Assembly (NCBI GenBank): GCA_903813345.2
Contig: CAIIXF020000001.1
Span: forward strand, 19,406,001 to 19,470,000
DNA from: Owenia fusiformis
Taxonomy: Eukaryota
Direction: 5' to 3'
DNA length: 64,000 bases
The translations under genes and the position numbers were made by a program. The notes under the pieces are model-generated. The model was given only the letters and a program-made list of their open reading frames with translations. It ran no database searches and had not been told where the DNA came from. This document shows positions 1 through 31,000 of this stretch, one piece after another (the stretch's first letter is position 1; each line of letters starts with the position of its first letter).

Positions 1-1573
1 TAATAGAAAGATCAAGAGCTGCTCTTCATTAATTATACAACAATCTGAAGTAAGAAGGAATTATACTTCCCTTAAAGGCCCTTAAAGGAATACTCCTTGG
101 AATTTCAATATTGTCTTGATCTGGTTGTTATTACCCTATTATTATCTACTGCCAAGTAAAAAAAATGAGAAATGGTCCTAAAATATTCAAAATTGACCAT
201 GTTTATGTCAATTACATGTAGGGTTTAAATATCTTTGACATAATTTGAAGTCATAACTTCAAACTTAATTGTAAAAGTATACGAAAGCAGCAAAAATTTA
301 GCTGTAGAAACTTGGTTTTGGTCATTTCTTTTTTGACACTTAGGACTTTAATAAGAACCAATACTTATATTAATGTTCAATAGACTAGCTGGAGAAGAAA
401 AAATCTTGATTTAGACATTAAAAATTCAGTCAAAGTGATGTCATATTTAGAGTCTACATGTAAAATTACTTCTAAAAAAACATGGTTTTAAAAAGAGTTT
501 ATCAACTTTGAAAAATTAATTTTCTTTGAAAATGTGACTCTTAGGTCGGGGAGATTCCCATAGACCTCATGATGTAAAATCACAAAAAGTGAAATATCTT
601 TTCTTGTATAAAACAGATAACTTTTTTTTACTGGACATATTTTAATTTGTATAACTATCAGATACATAAGGGTAATATGAAAAGTGAACCATTAAAACTG
701 ATGATGAATATTCAAGTTTTAGGGAACTTTGTAATACGCTGTCATGTTATTTCCCCTGAATTCGCTACTTGGTGTCGAAACTGGTAACTACATACTCGCA
801 TCTGAGTAATTAATAATTCATTTTTTCTACTGGTATGTATTTTAAACCAGGAAAACAGTATCAATGACATCACTTCCTGTCAGAAATGTTGAAAAATCTA
901 AAGATGGCAGCTTAAAAGATATGAACATTATATATTTGAATGATCAATTTTGACCATAAAAAGCAATTTCTGACATTTTATAGTTGTCCTGAACAGTAGA
1001 TAATTGACAAAAGCAGCCAAATAGAAAAAGTGCTGGGTCCGCAGGGAGTATTCCACAATGGCTCACAATTTTACAAAAATTGTTTACAAAAAAGGACAAT
1101 TTTACCAAGGAAGAACTACTCAGTCACTTGCAAGTAGATCAATGAGACTGATTGGTTAATGTGTCTATTGATTCCAACAGAGTATCTGCTCTATGTTAAA
1201 GCATACAGGTGTGTCAAAGAGCAAAGTAAATCAATGGATAACAGGATGAGCCAGTGTAAATGTTAGTTGTCATATGTAAATACTACAGCATCGGATGTCA
1301 TTGTTAATCTGTTACATGGAACTATTGATGGAATTACTACAAAGAAGTTATAGTTCATTATTCCATATTATAGTTACATCAAAGAATTCATTTTGAAAAA
1401 GTAATCTTCGTTTGAGTCTTGTAACGGCCCTATGATGCCTCCTTCTCCAATAATTGTATCCAATCTAGGTAGGACTGTATACTGGGGGAGGGGGTAAATG
1501 GCCATACAAACTGGCTTTGTTGAATGAGTAGTATTATAAAATGGTGCTGAAGAAGTCTAATTCTCTAACTCAC

Positions 1574-19226
<17,653 letters not shown>

Positions 19227-22200
19227 TCAAGTTTTTGTCTTTGCGAAATGACCTAGTTGTCTAAAGTACAGTAATTAAATTGTTTTTTCAAATTTCATCA
19301 GATTTCGATTTCAAATCTCCGCATTTTGTTTTCAAATCTTATCCGATTTTATTTTCAAATCTCATCACATTTGATTTCAAATTCCATCACATTCCAAGTT
19401 TTTATGATGTACTAAGGTAGCATACAATGTACATGAAGTCTGTTGGAAGAACCTTGACTTTATTCTTGAAGAAGCATACGTTGATCTATTCTTGCTTTAT
19501 GGCAAACACAGGTGTGTGTGTGAAACAATTTCAACTCATCAGACAACGTCATATATCAAATTTCTCACAGACTTTTATTCTCTGTTTAATCCATACTTCA
19601 ATAGATTTAAAGAATCAGTTCATTATATGTGTTTCGTTTCCTCTTTTTATCATGTTTTTCTGATTTTTGATCAATCTGTAATGTTCATTTTCTCATCTTC
19701 TATATTCATTTAATGGTTTAGCCTTTTGATTTTAAAATGTCCATAATCTAAGAAACCATTTCAGCCAAACTAAATTATTTCATCAAAAATAGTTCCATGT
19801 CATCGAAATCAATTGGCTTTTCTATGAATTCTTTCTTATACGGCAATATTTCAGAAAATATTCTAGATTGTCTCTTTCTGTGTAATATTTTGGAGCAGCT
19901 CATTTCGAAGATAAACAATAATTTGTTCTGGCTCCATAAAACAAATATTTTGAATTGCCAGAGGTTATCCAGGGGTATTCTCCAAGACAAATGAACAGTC
20001 AGAATGTCATAAAGTATCTTATTCACATTAGATTTATATCTTAACTCTTACATTAATCATTTTCTCCCATTCTAAAACAAGCTAAAATTTTAAGATAGTG
20101 GTTGAAAATATGATATTTTCTGTTGAGTGGAGATAGAAGTAGAACCAATGAAATTACGATAACATAACATAAAAGTTTGAGTTTTTAATTCTGATTTGAA
20201 ATTTTGAAGATTTTAGACTTAAATTAATATTGCAAGGAATAATACTAGGAAGATTCACTCAGCTAAATACTATTGTCTCAGCTGCACAATTAGATTACTC
20301 ATTAGTCCAACCAATAAACTTTTATGAAATTACCAAATTAACCCTTCTGTCAGAATGGATGTTTCTTATTTAATATGGAAATGATTAAAGATCTCAAGGG
20401 TTAATGATTAAGATATTTGGGGGTTCAAGATTTGATCAATTAATTTCAAGGAGAGGCAATCAAGTGGAAATAATATCATTTTGATTATGATAATGAGTTG
20501 ATACCACCACCGCCCTCCCCATTTACTATTATGACAACCACTGAATCTAATGTCATGTGAAATAATACAAATGGTATTTATTAAATTAGTCATGTGAATA
20601 AGCTTTAAATCACACATGTTTAATACTTTATGTCTTTTACCAACTATGATGTCATATCAATGACATATAATACAATATACAAAATTAAACTTTTTTGATG
20701 TGAAAGTTCGTGGCAGATTAAAGAAATAGACCTGAAAAAATTCACATTGAGAGCTGTTCATATTGAAGAGCTGTTCAAATAAACAGGTTTCACTGTATAC
20801 TAAACTAACAACAAGATACAAGTCAATTGTTGCAAAATACAACATGACTAAATGTAAAAATCATCAGTGTTGTTAATAAAATGCTTTAAACATACAAATA
20901 AATCAATAGGATGCAATTTTTCAAATATGATTATTATATGCAATAGTTGTCTTTGTCATCATTCTATTACATTCTACCATTGCTTTACTATTGACTACAA
21001 ATGCAAATAAAAAGAATTCAAACTTTGAAGCAGGTACTGCCACTTATAACCACAGCCCCAACTATTTCCTACACAGTATAATGTTGTCAAATCATTGGTG
21101 ATTGACCCTCTAATCAAAATAATTGGCTACTTGAACTTATCACCTTGATAAATCATACTGAAGGGACGAGATCAATATGTAGATGTGTGACATGCGGCAT
21201 TTTATTGATATAATCATTGTTATATGAACTCAAACTAAGCCATTTCTTTATTGGGAGGGGTCAATTCGTGGTACAGTTTAACCCTTATGTCCAAACATCT
21301 GTCAATCTGAACACTTTTAATCAATCAACATTTTGTTACCTCCCATTGACTCACATATTAAGTGTGGTACCTGCTAAACATTTTTAACTGTCCAAATGGA
21401 TTTTGGGCTAGAAAGGTTTTACTGTGTAATAAATTATTTTCCAGGTTAACATCAAAATATTGACTTGGTCCCCAACATGTTTAGTAAGAAATTCAACAAA
21501 TGGTTCAAAATAAAATAAAAAAATAATTTGGCTCACCGGAAATTAGTTTGTCCAGTTTCTAAATATAGCGAGGCTTCACAGGGTTAGGACGATCTGACAA
21601 AGTACCGATACTTAACATCTCCCCAATGGAATACAGCTATTAGTATGCAGATATCGAGATTTATTCCAATAAAGTTACATATAACAGCTACATTGGTATC
21701 ATTTTGGTAAACTATGCATTTGAAAGAGGAAATGGCATAGAGTCAGTCTCAAGTGGTTAACTGCACCACTATCAAATATATTAAGGTTATATTCTCCTGG
21801 CTTTTTCTTTAGAATAATATATAGTATTTTTCTACTAGGCAATTAAAGTCAAAATTTTGAATTAATTTAAGCATTTGGGTGACCATTTAGGAGTTTCAAA
21901 GGCAAAAATCATAACAAAAACAATTTACAATATTTGAGATCTACTGTGGTATAATGTTAGGCTACCATTTCCATTTTATCCAAGTTTTAGTCTTGGTTCA
22001 AGTCTCTGGACCCCCTTATCTACGTCACGGCCATTTATGATTTTTGCCATTAGCTGTATACCTAGTGTACTTCTTACCTCAATCTATTCTAACATTTACT
22101 TGTTACATCCTCCCTATGTGACAAAAGTTTCGGCATTCTCATTGAATCAAAAACTAGAGTTGAGATTGCCAAAACATTTATTACTGGGGAAGAATATTGC

Positions 22201-22574
22201 AAATGAAAGTCAGAATCGACTGACGTAAGAAGTAAGTTTACAGTAACTAGTGCCACAAAAATATCAACTTTTGTTGAAATGTTATATAGGGCTGAACCAT
22301 ACATCCGCATGACTAGCGGTGTCACAGTCCAAAATTTCAAGACGGAATGGTAAAACTGGTCTCACTTTCGGGATGGGACGCCATACTGATAATGCACTCA
22401 ATCTACGAAAGATGATGTAGGAAATTTATGAATGGGCATTACCATCTACCTAAAATCGCAGCTCTGCTACGAAGAAGTGTAGTCGAGGTACAGTCGGCAT
22501 GCCGATAGGCATCAGCACAGTTATCTGAACTGCATTCCGATCGGCACTGCCCATTTTTCCATCTTTTTTAAATT

Positions 22575-23922
22575 CCAATATGGCAGATGGCCGAGAAGGA
22601 CACCCCAACAAATTTTCCAGAGGAAGATGTATCAATTCAATTTTGGTCATTTCTTGGGTTATTTGTCTGTTTTCACACTAAACTCTAAAAAGTATGCTGT
22701 TCGAAAATCAAAAAATCCATTTTCTGAAAAAGTTCATATATTCCTTATAAATCATTCAGCCTACTTACATTTGATGATTCACCAAGTTTTTTGGTCAAGT
22801 GTTTTTATCCATTTCATAGCTAGGAACAGAAATACTCAAAAATTGATACGAACTTCGAATTGAAGGACAGGTCAGTCATTTTCTACAGAAAAATTCTTAT
22901 TGCCCTGTGTTTGAGTGACGTCAGATTTCCAAATATCGGCGAGTTTATCTAACTAAAAATGACATTTATCTTGACTTCGTTCAGTACAAAGACCAATTAA
23001 AGAAACAATTAGTATAAATTTGTCAATCCCGGGAACTGTAGGGATCACATAACAAGTCATGTATCTGTAAAAAAATTATTAACAGCGGGGTGCCTGCTGA
23101 AAGAAAGATGGCAGCGTTTGATATATATATACCTTGTCCCCAGAGGGGGAGAAACACCAGGGTTCAAAGATGACATACGCTTATAATGTAAATCTGTATT
23201 GAGATGACATCGTCGCTGATTGGTCAAAAGTCGACAAACAAATGACGTCATCAATGGCCGTTTTAAAATTTTCGAAATACACTTCGAATAATATTATGTT
23301 CATTTCTGGCGTGTTAACCAATATCATAGCTTCTCATTTCACATCAAGATAAAGAAAGGTGTACGGAATATGCCTATATCAATTAAAACATCCCATCGAA
23401 GTGAAGTATTTGATAACTAGCCGATGAAAATTCGAACGAACGAAGGTGGTACGCAAGAGAGGTAACTATGTCTGTCATCTTTAAACTCTGGGGCTTTCCC
23501 TCCTCTTCCTTGTCCCCTACGTTTCGACGAGTCCATTTGCTGATGACGTCATTTTCTTAGAATCTCTTCCATTTTGGAATTTGAGACAAATGCGAGGGAG
23601 AATAGAAATGATTTGCGTGATAAGAGAGAAGGGGATTCCTATTCAATTTCCTGTGATTAACTGAGAAAAGGTAGGTGGCGCTAGATAAGGCATCGGCCAA
23701 ATTTAGTATATATGGAGGGAAAACTTAAGAATAAGGCAAAATGAGAGAATAAATAGATTTTTTGATTGTCGAACACCAAGGTGTTTAAATTATAAGTATT
23801 ATTATTATATTAATACTGAGGATGAGAAAGACCAAAAAATGACCCAGTAGACTACCAAAATGAACTTCATACATATTCCTCTGGAAATTTGTTGGGGTGT
23901 CCAACTCGGCCATCCGCCATTG
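22575..23922. mobile_element. Degenerate inverted-repeat segment of a larger non-autonomous DNA transposon
   Basis: About 100-bp diverged inverted arms: GGCCGAGAAGGACACCCCAACAAATTTTCCAGAGGAAGATGTAT... (about 22590) versus ...ATACATATTCCTCTGGAAATTTGTTGGGGTGTCCAACTCGGCC (about 23870-23911). Termini were not resolved. Confidence 0.55.
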
Positions 23923-24009
23923 AAAAAAGTTGAAAAATAAGCAAAAAAAAACATTTATCATTTCCAAGGTATGTATACCAAATCAGCTAAGTGTGAATAG
24001 AAATATATA

Positions 24010-24509
24010 CTGTAAAACGGGTAATTTTGACACCGGGAAATTTTAGCGATTTTTCAATTTTAGGGGGTTTTAGCGCGTCGGGAAATTTTAGCGAAATGAA
24101 GATTAAACTTTAAAAAATCAAATTAGCGAAATGCATTAGAAATTTTATCATTTATGGCAGAATTTAAGCAATATCATTGGTTGTTGAACCGTGTTCAATT
24201 AACACCTTTTATCTTTATATTTACTACTAATACTATTTCACTGATGGATGGCTATTTATCCTTCAGATATTGAAAGAAACATACGATTTAAAAATATTTA
24301 CCTTTTTCATATTACAAACCGGAAGTCGAGCACTGAACGAAAAGCTCCTTAAATACTAGTATTCATGTAGTTTCCCGGGAATTTGCAAATTTTAGCGCCC
24401 GGTTTATTTTAACCCCGGTTTATTTTAGCGAATTGAATTTTTAGCGAAACTATAGCGATCGCTAACAATCGCTAACAATTACCCCTCGCTAACAATACCC
24501 GTTTTACAG
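24010..24509. mobile_element. TA-flanked Tc1/mariner-type MITE
   Basis: TA|CTGTAAAACGGGTA...TACCCGTTTTACAG|TA, with internal TTTTAGCG/CGCTAA subrepeats. Confidence 0.8.
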
Positions 24510-25521
24510 TAATGCTTTTAGTATAGGTTTCTCAGATTTAAAAGTTTTTGTAGTACCTTGTGGCATTGAAGAGTTACAGAGTTGGGAAAATATTTCAATT
24601 TTTTATTTGCAGCACATCTTCCGCGTTATGATGCCTAGCTTTTATGCAAGACTAAAAATGTCAGGAAGTATCTGTCAGGTCGTAATTTTTTTGTTTATTT
24701 CAGTTCGAGAGTATTTTTTCTCCAAATTGTGCAAGTTTGGACGAATTTTGAATAAGGATCTTGTAGAAAATCTACTTTTGATTTCACTCATTTTTTCAGC
24801 GCGAATTTGGAGGGAATCCTTGAGGAATACATCTGTTCTGAGAGTGGAGGGACAAAAAGCTCTGGTAGGCCCAAAAAGGACTTGATACAACTTCCTGTGA
24901 CACTCCTCTCAAACTAATATCGTCTACAGTAAAATCTCAGCTTTCACAAACAACATAGTGTGGGCATTCGATGCACAAGATATGTTAATCACTGATTAAA
25001 TCCAGTTTGAGTGACATTCAGATTTTCAATGTTTTTGTCAAAAAAATTATGTTCAAAAAAGGAAGAGAAAACGCCTTCAAATCAAAAGTCTACATATTTC
25101 TAAACGGATTTCTTGTAACTATAATATGATACATACCTCCGAATTTCTATATATAAAACGATTAGGCGATCCAATAGTCTCCAAACCCTTAATTTAAGTC
25201 AATATTCCAACAGATTTGATATGTGACATTTTCTACTTCAATTTCCGCTGCAAGTATCAAACTTGATGGAAAAACGAAAACACAAAAATATAATTTTATG
25301 TAGTGCTGCCATCTATTTGAAAATGCATGTTTAACTTTTGTGATATAAGACTATGATAGAGGTCCATGGCCCTTCCAATAATATCATTGCTTTAAGGGAG
25401 TTTTTACACCCTTTGCGTTACAAAGATTCCCTTGATCTAGCCTTACTCAATCTGAATATGTCGATAAAATCCAGAAGCCCAGTTAGAATTGCAGTCCAAC
25501 AATTTCTTACCTTCATGTACC

Positions 25522-26078
25522 CCTGGGGGATTCACTGTATATAAACCTTGACGGGGATCCTCGGTGCACATGGGGTACCTTTTTGGACATTTGGTATGGC
25601 AATGGACCCAAATTTTAGGATGTGGTATGAGAATGCCCCCTCATTAAACTTTTGATGGATGGAAATGGTCAGATTTTTCAACTTTCTGGTATGAGAATGG
25701 TCATGGAAAATATTTTATCTCACAATTATGGTATGGAATTGGTCCAGTAGTTACACATATTCTAATATGAGGTTGTTTTGGTTCGTTTTCCTCAAAGATC
25801 GCCCTCTTCTTGGGACCTTCTTCAGTTAAATAAATAGCTTTTTTCCCAGGAAATATTCTACTTTGGACCAGTCATGGCATTGGTATGGCATTGCTCCTAT
25901 ATTTTGACATTTGGTATGGCATTGGTTTCATATTTGGGCATTTGGGATGGCTTTTGGGCAAAATATCGGTTGGTATGGGAACACATTCAAATTTGACATT
26001 TTGGTATGGGAATATATTGATATCTGAGGGTTCAGCCTAGGACCCCTGACAAATTTTGTACACAGTGAACCCCCCGGG
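25522..26078 (+). mobile_element. MITE with CCCGGGGGGTTCACTGT TIRs and 8-bp TSD (copy 1)
   Basis: TIRs at both ends, TSD CATGTACC, and internal approx. 30-bp TTGGTATGGCATTGG repeats. Confidence 0.85.
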
Positions 26079-28058
26079 CATGTACCTAGCATTTATTTCA
26101 TTAGATGGGGGGGCATGAGAGCTATACTTTGATCTTTGGATCTTGTCAGCATCAGAACTGTATGTTTATTTGTCCTATTCAGAGTACGTAAAGTAATTAT
26201 ACTAGAATATGAGCCTCAGGGTATAAGACAACAGGGTGAACCCAAAAAGGCCCCATATATGTCAATTAATTGTTATTATCTGATATTATTGAACATATTG
26301 TAGAACTTGTTTAAGCAGAACACCCTCGAGACCACAAAACAGTGTTATACTTTCAGAGGTCAATGGACCGCACTTGCACTTATGAGGTGTTCCACTTACA
26401 GATGTGTTCCATGTCCAATCCTTAAATGGCAACAGTAATCTTCTGGAACATCTGATTTAGCCATTTTCTGCAAAGCATATGGGCTGCTAACTCAGCAGAT
26501 CTCAACCCTTCGATTAACAATATGTAACCCTTATCTTCCAGATTTAATTTTGCTCTTTTTGAATGCTTAAAATCAAGCATAAAATAATTATTTTCAGAAT
26601 CTTTTTTTAATACACATGTAATGATCAACAAGACTAATTGAAACTTATATTTCACCAAACCTTGTTATCTTCCTCAAACCAAATGTGCTTCAGTTTGTTC
26701 TAAATCTCCCTTTATCTTAATATCATCATGAAGTTCAGAATTGTGGCCATCAGTTTAAATTACATGAAAAAAATCTGTTTTTAAACCAGAAAAAAGTATG
26801 AATACCTTCTCGATAACAGCCATAGTGGATTTGCCAAATGAATTCAAGTTTGCAATCAGTCCGAGAATCATTAGTTTAGGGCAAGGCCTACTTGAAGCAT
26901 GTCTTGTAAGGTACAGTATTTCTAAGCCACTGATCAGATTAAATTGGAACTCTGAAGTGTTTATACATTGAGCAATCTTCTGCCAAAGTAGAAGTGTGTG
27001 TCATGGATAATACAAGTTATTTGGGAAATTTGGGGTCCACTTTTTCTGGCCACCTTGTTGGCTGTTGTTAAAGTTGCATAAATTGATATTGGAGCAGGTT
27101 ATATAATGATGTTGACGTTTAGAACATTTTATTATGATGGTCCTCAGGTAATCTTTTGTCTAATACTGTGATGTCATCTATTGTACAGTTCTAAATGTGT
27201 ATCATTAATAAACTCATATTTTTATACATTCTGTATCAACCATTTATCAAACGGCCACTCTCAGATGAATGATAGAAATATATCTAAAACCCTCAAGTCC
27301 CAGAATTCACTCCTGATTGTATTGATCATTAGCCTCCAAGGATATCATATTGATATATACATAAGATGTCATATAGATTCCTCAGCAAGTAGAGATTGGA
27401 CATCAAATTGATCTATAGGGATCGGGGATCAAGGACATCAAATTGATCTATAGGGATCAAGTAGACTGGAGATCAAATCTATAGGGATAGAATATCAGTC
27501 ACAGTATACTGATTACCAACTGACGCATCAGTTATTTTTTAAATAATGACATGAATCCGTAAGATAAATTTTTTTTTATAAATTAACAGTTTGTTTTATT
27601 CATCACTTCAATCCTTAAGCACGCAATTCTATATTGAATATGATAACATATACCTAAGTGGTTTTTTCCATGGAGTTTACAAGGTAATACAAAATACAGA
27701 GTAGAAGTATAATCGGTGTGATTTGTCCAGCACATCTAGTAAACTGTAGAATTTTGTGTTGGTCTGAATTAAAAGTTCAGTTCTAGGTATGTGACAATTG
27801 ATGAAATTCAGATAGAAACTGCTGGAGTTATGTGTATTAACTGATAATCAAAAGTTGCCGCGTGGTTCCTCATCTCTATAATTCAGCTTTGATGGTGGTC
27901 AACAGTTGGTTACGAAACCAGTGTTCATATTGTACTGATAAAACTATTATAATGTTGAACTGATAAAACTTTTATAATGTACACATTTGGCAGTTCTAGA
28001 CACTAGTTTATTCTGTTTTCTATGTACAGTTTTAATTTAAACATTTTCCTATGGTATG

Positions 28059-31000
28059 CTATGCTATTAGCTCTTCTCTGTTTGCCTTAGCTTGTTTCCT
28101 AGCTTGCCTTTGTATAAGTCTCTTCTCACGTTCATATTCTTTCATTCGAAGCACAAAACTGAAAATACAATTAGAAAATAATGTGAGTTTTGATAATGAG
28201 CAGTATGACATTCTGTTTTTTTCATTTATTTAGCCTGTTGTGAGAAATTCTAGTGAAACCCATGGGCTCTGACCATTCTGATATTCAAAGCATCTCTTTC
28301 TGTTGCATGGTAGAAGTCCAAAAGGTCAGAAATCAAGAAGGCATGGCGTACTACGACTCCACAATGCTCAATGAGTTCACAAGTTAATCAGTTAAGTACA
28401 GAATGAGAGTCAATCACTGATGCAGAAGAATACATGATGATGAAGGCAAAAATATTCAAATATAGAATATAAAATGAATTGGAGTGACATATGATGTTGT
28501 ATCTCATACATGAGTGGGTTTGGGGTAGATATCACCCGGGAATATATAGCATATCTGAGGAGCGGGCAGGATATATTATATATGTCCCGTCCAGGGCAAA
28601 TGCGGGCAGATATAATATATCCATCCCGCTCCCGGGAATTTTTCAAAAGTTTTAAAAAGTTTAAAAAAATTAACATTTGAAAGTTTAAAATTTATTAAAA
28701 AGTTTAAATGTTACAATTTCATTGTATTGAACTAAAGGAATATTACGAAAATGTTAAATACAAATTGTGCTCTTACAGTATAGGCCTATCTTGTCATTTG
28801 AAAAAGGTGGAACCCCAAACCCACTTAGTATGAGATACACCAGTTATGTACGATCGGTTTTAGATATAGGGTATATCCCTCGGGAATTATTTATATCTCC
28901 CCTTGGTCCCTTCGGTCCCTCGGGATGATATAAATAAATTCCTCAGGATATAACCTATATCCAAAACCTCCCAGTACATAACCCTTATATATGCAATTAT
29001 ACTGTAGATTAGGTTAATTTGGCATTTATTAATTTGGCGATTTTGCCATTTTTTGCCTATTGGCAGATATTTTATTTGGCGGACACTAGGGCATTGCTCT
29101 GACACCATAACTTTCATACACTGGAATAAAGTACAAAGTATTACACCTTTTCTTTCTGAATCAGCTCAACTACTATATCTAGCTAGTAATTTATTATTAA
29201 AGAAAATTCCCGTTGGAAATGCTCATTCATATTGATGTTTGTTTGAAGCTTACCAGATTTTGTAAAAACTAAACTGGAAGTGACTTTAATTCACTAGACA
29301 AAGTTCCCTCAAAAATTTTAGCAAATATGTAAATTGGTGTCTTTTTCAATTTTACCAAATTGGCCATATTAAAGTGGGTGCCAAATTCCCCAAACTACAG
29401 TAATAATTGTTGTACTGTCATGGCCAACAGGGGCTAGATCTGCCTAATTAAAAAGCCAACCATGCTCTTCAAGGAACACTGATTGATATAGCAATGTAAT
29501 ATTGAAAGATCGATGGACTGGAAGTTAATTTTCAATCAAGAGAATATAGTGATATTGCTCTGTGCTCATATTGTAAAGAGGGGAAGTATACTTTTGTATC
29601 AGATACTGGAAAAAATTTCATTCTACTTACTCATCATATACACAGAGATCCCAGTCATGTCTTTCGTGAGCACAGCTTGCGACATAAGGAAATTTCTCAT
29701 TTCTGCATTTCTTATATTCCATCAATTTATGAACACAGTAGTCTCTCTGATTCTTCGAAATGTTCATGGCGAGCATCTCTTCCTCTGTAACTTGCATTAC
29801 TGAAAAACATTGGAATAACAAAATTACCACAATGTAACTAATAGTACTGAATTCAATTCAACTTTTAATAAATTACTAAATTCTATACAGTAAAACCTGT
29901 ATATCTGAACACCTGGCTAATCCGAACACCTTCCCATTTGAACACTTTTTTTCGGTCCCATTTTTTCCTCCCATTGACTCCCATGTTAAAAAAACCTTGA
30001 AATCTGAACACCTCCTAATTTGAACAGTGAACAACCAGATTTGAAAAAGTGACCTGTCTAATCTGAACATTTTTATCAGAAATCAAATGTCTGGACATTT
30101 CAATTAAAGCCACATATTGAGTCAATGTTATAGTTGTTATTTATCTTTACAAATATACAAATGCAATCAAAGAACCAATTGTCCTAATTAACTTATTTAG
30201 TCTCAGTGACATCCCTAATTTGTGGAAAAGAACAGGATGTTTTGGAAAGGTGTGAATACAGGAGTTAATTGGTTTATCCAATATTAGAAAAGAACTGAAT
30301 GTTTATATTTGGATTAAGAGAAAGGTGTGAATCAAGAAGATAATTGATTTATCATTATTGGAAATAACCTGGATGTTTTTGATTTGGATTAAGAGAAAGG
30401 TGAGAGTCTGAGAGATAATTGGTTTATCCTTTTTGTAAATTAACTGGATGTTTTTGATTTGGATTATGAACAGGTCTTAACTGTTTTATATCCCATGGGT
30501 CTGTTATGATAGCTAAGATTCAATCAGTAAATGTTTTATAATCACAAAGACAACACAGACGCCATTTTTAGACATGATTATATCACGAGAAGGAGAAAAA
30601 ATCAAACTTCGTAATATTCGCATATACATCTGACATCCTGAATGCCCTTGATATTTTGAAGAATTATGCATCACCTCGAATGAACACTCATGAAAAATTA
30701 TTTTTAATAATATCTACTCAAATATTGCTAATGCTAAAAGTGCCAAGAAACAAACAACAATGAAGGACTTTTTCAAGCAAAAGAAAAGCAAATAAGCCAT
30801 TTGATAAGCATAAGACTTTGTATGAGACTATCATATACTTTTACAGTGTATTACAAAGTTTTTGCCAAAATATAAGAGTTATTTTTACTAAAATGATGAA
30901 ATTGTTCAAAATATAAATAAAACATAGCATATAGGCTATAGGCCTATTGTAGAATTAACATATCAACAACATGTATTGTTTTCTGACTTAGTATTAAGTG

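Noticed and set aside
25137..25320. Possible non-coding first exon/promoter of FAM135 (minus-strand donor GAG|gtatgt at 25136)
   Set aside because: Plausible but supported only by one splice motif; not enough to call.
26061..26067. CACAGTG RSS heptamer in a MITE TIR
   Set aside because: It is internal to the TIR, is not conserved in the other ends, and the 8-bp TSD is incompatible with Transib/RAG.
26820..27060. GC-balanced stretch downstream of NDUFB7 considered as a snoRNA or ncRNA
   Set aside because: No convincing C/D or H/ACA box arrangement or terminal stem was recognised.
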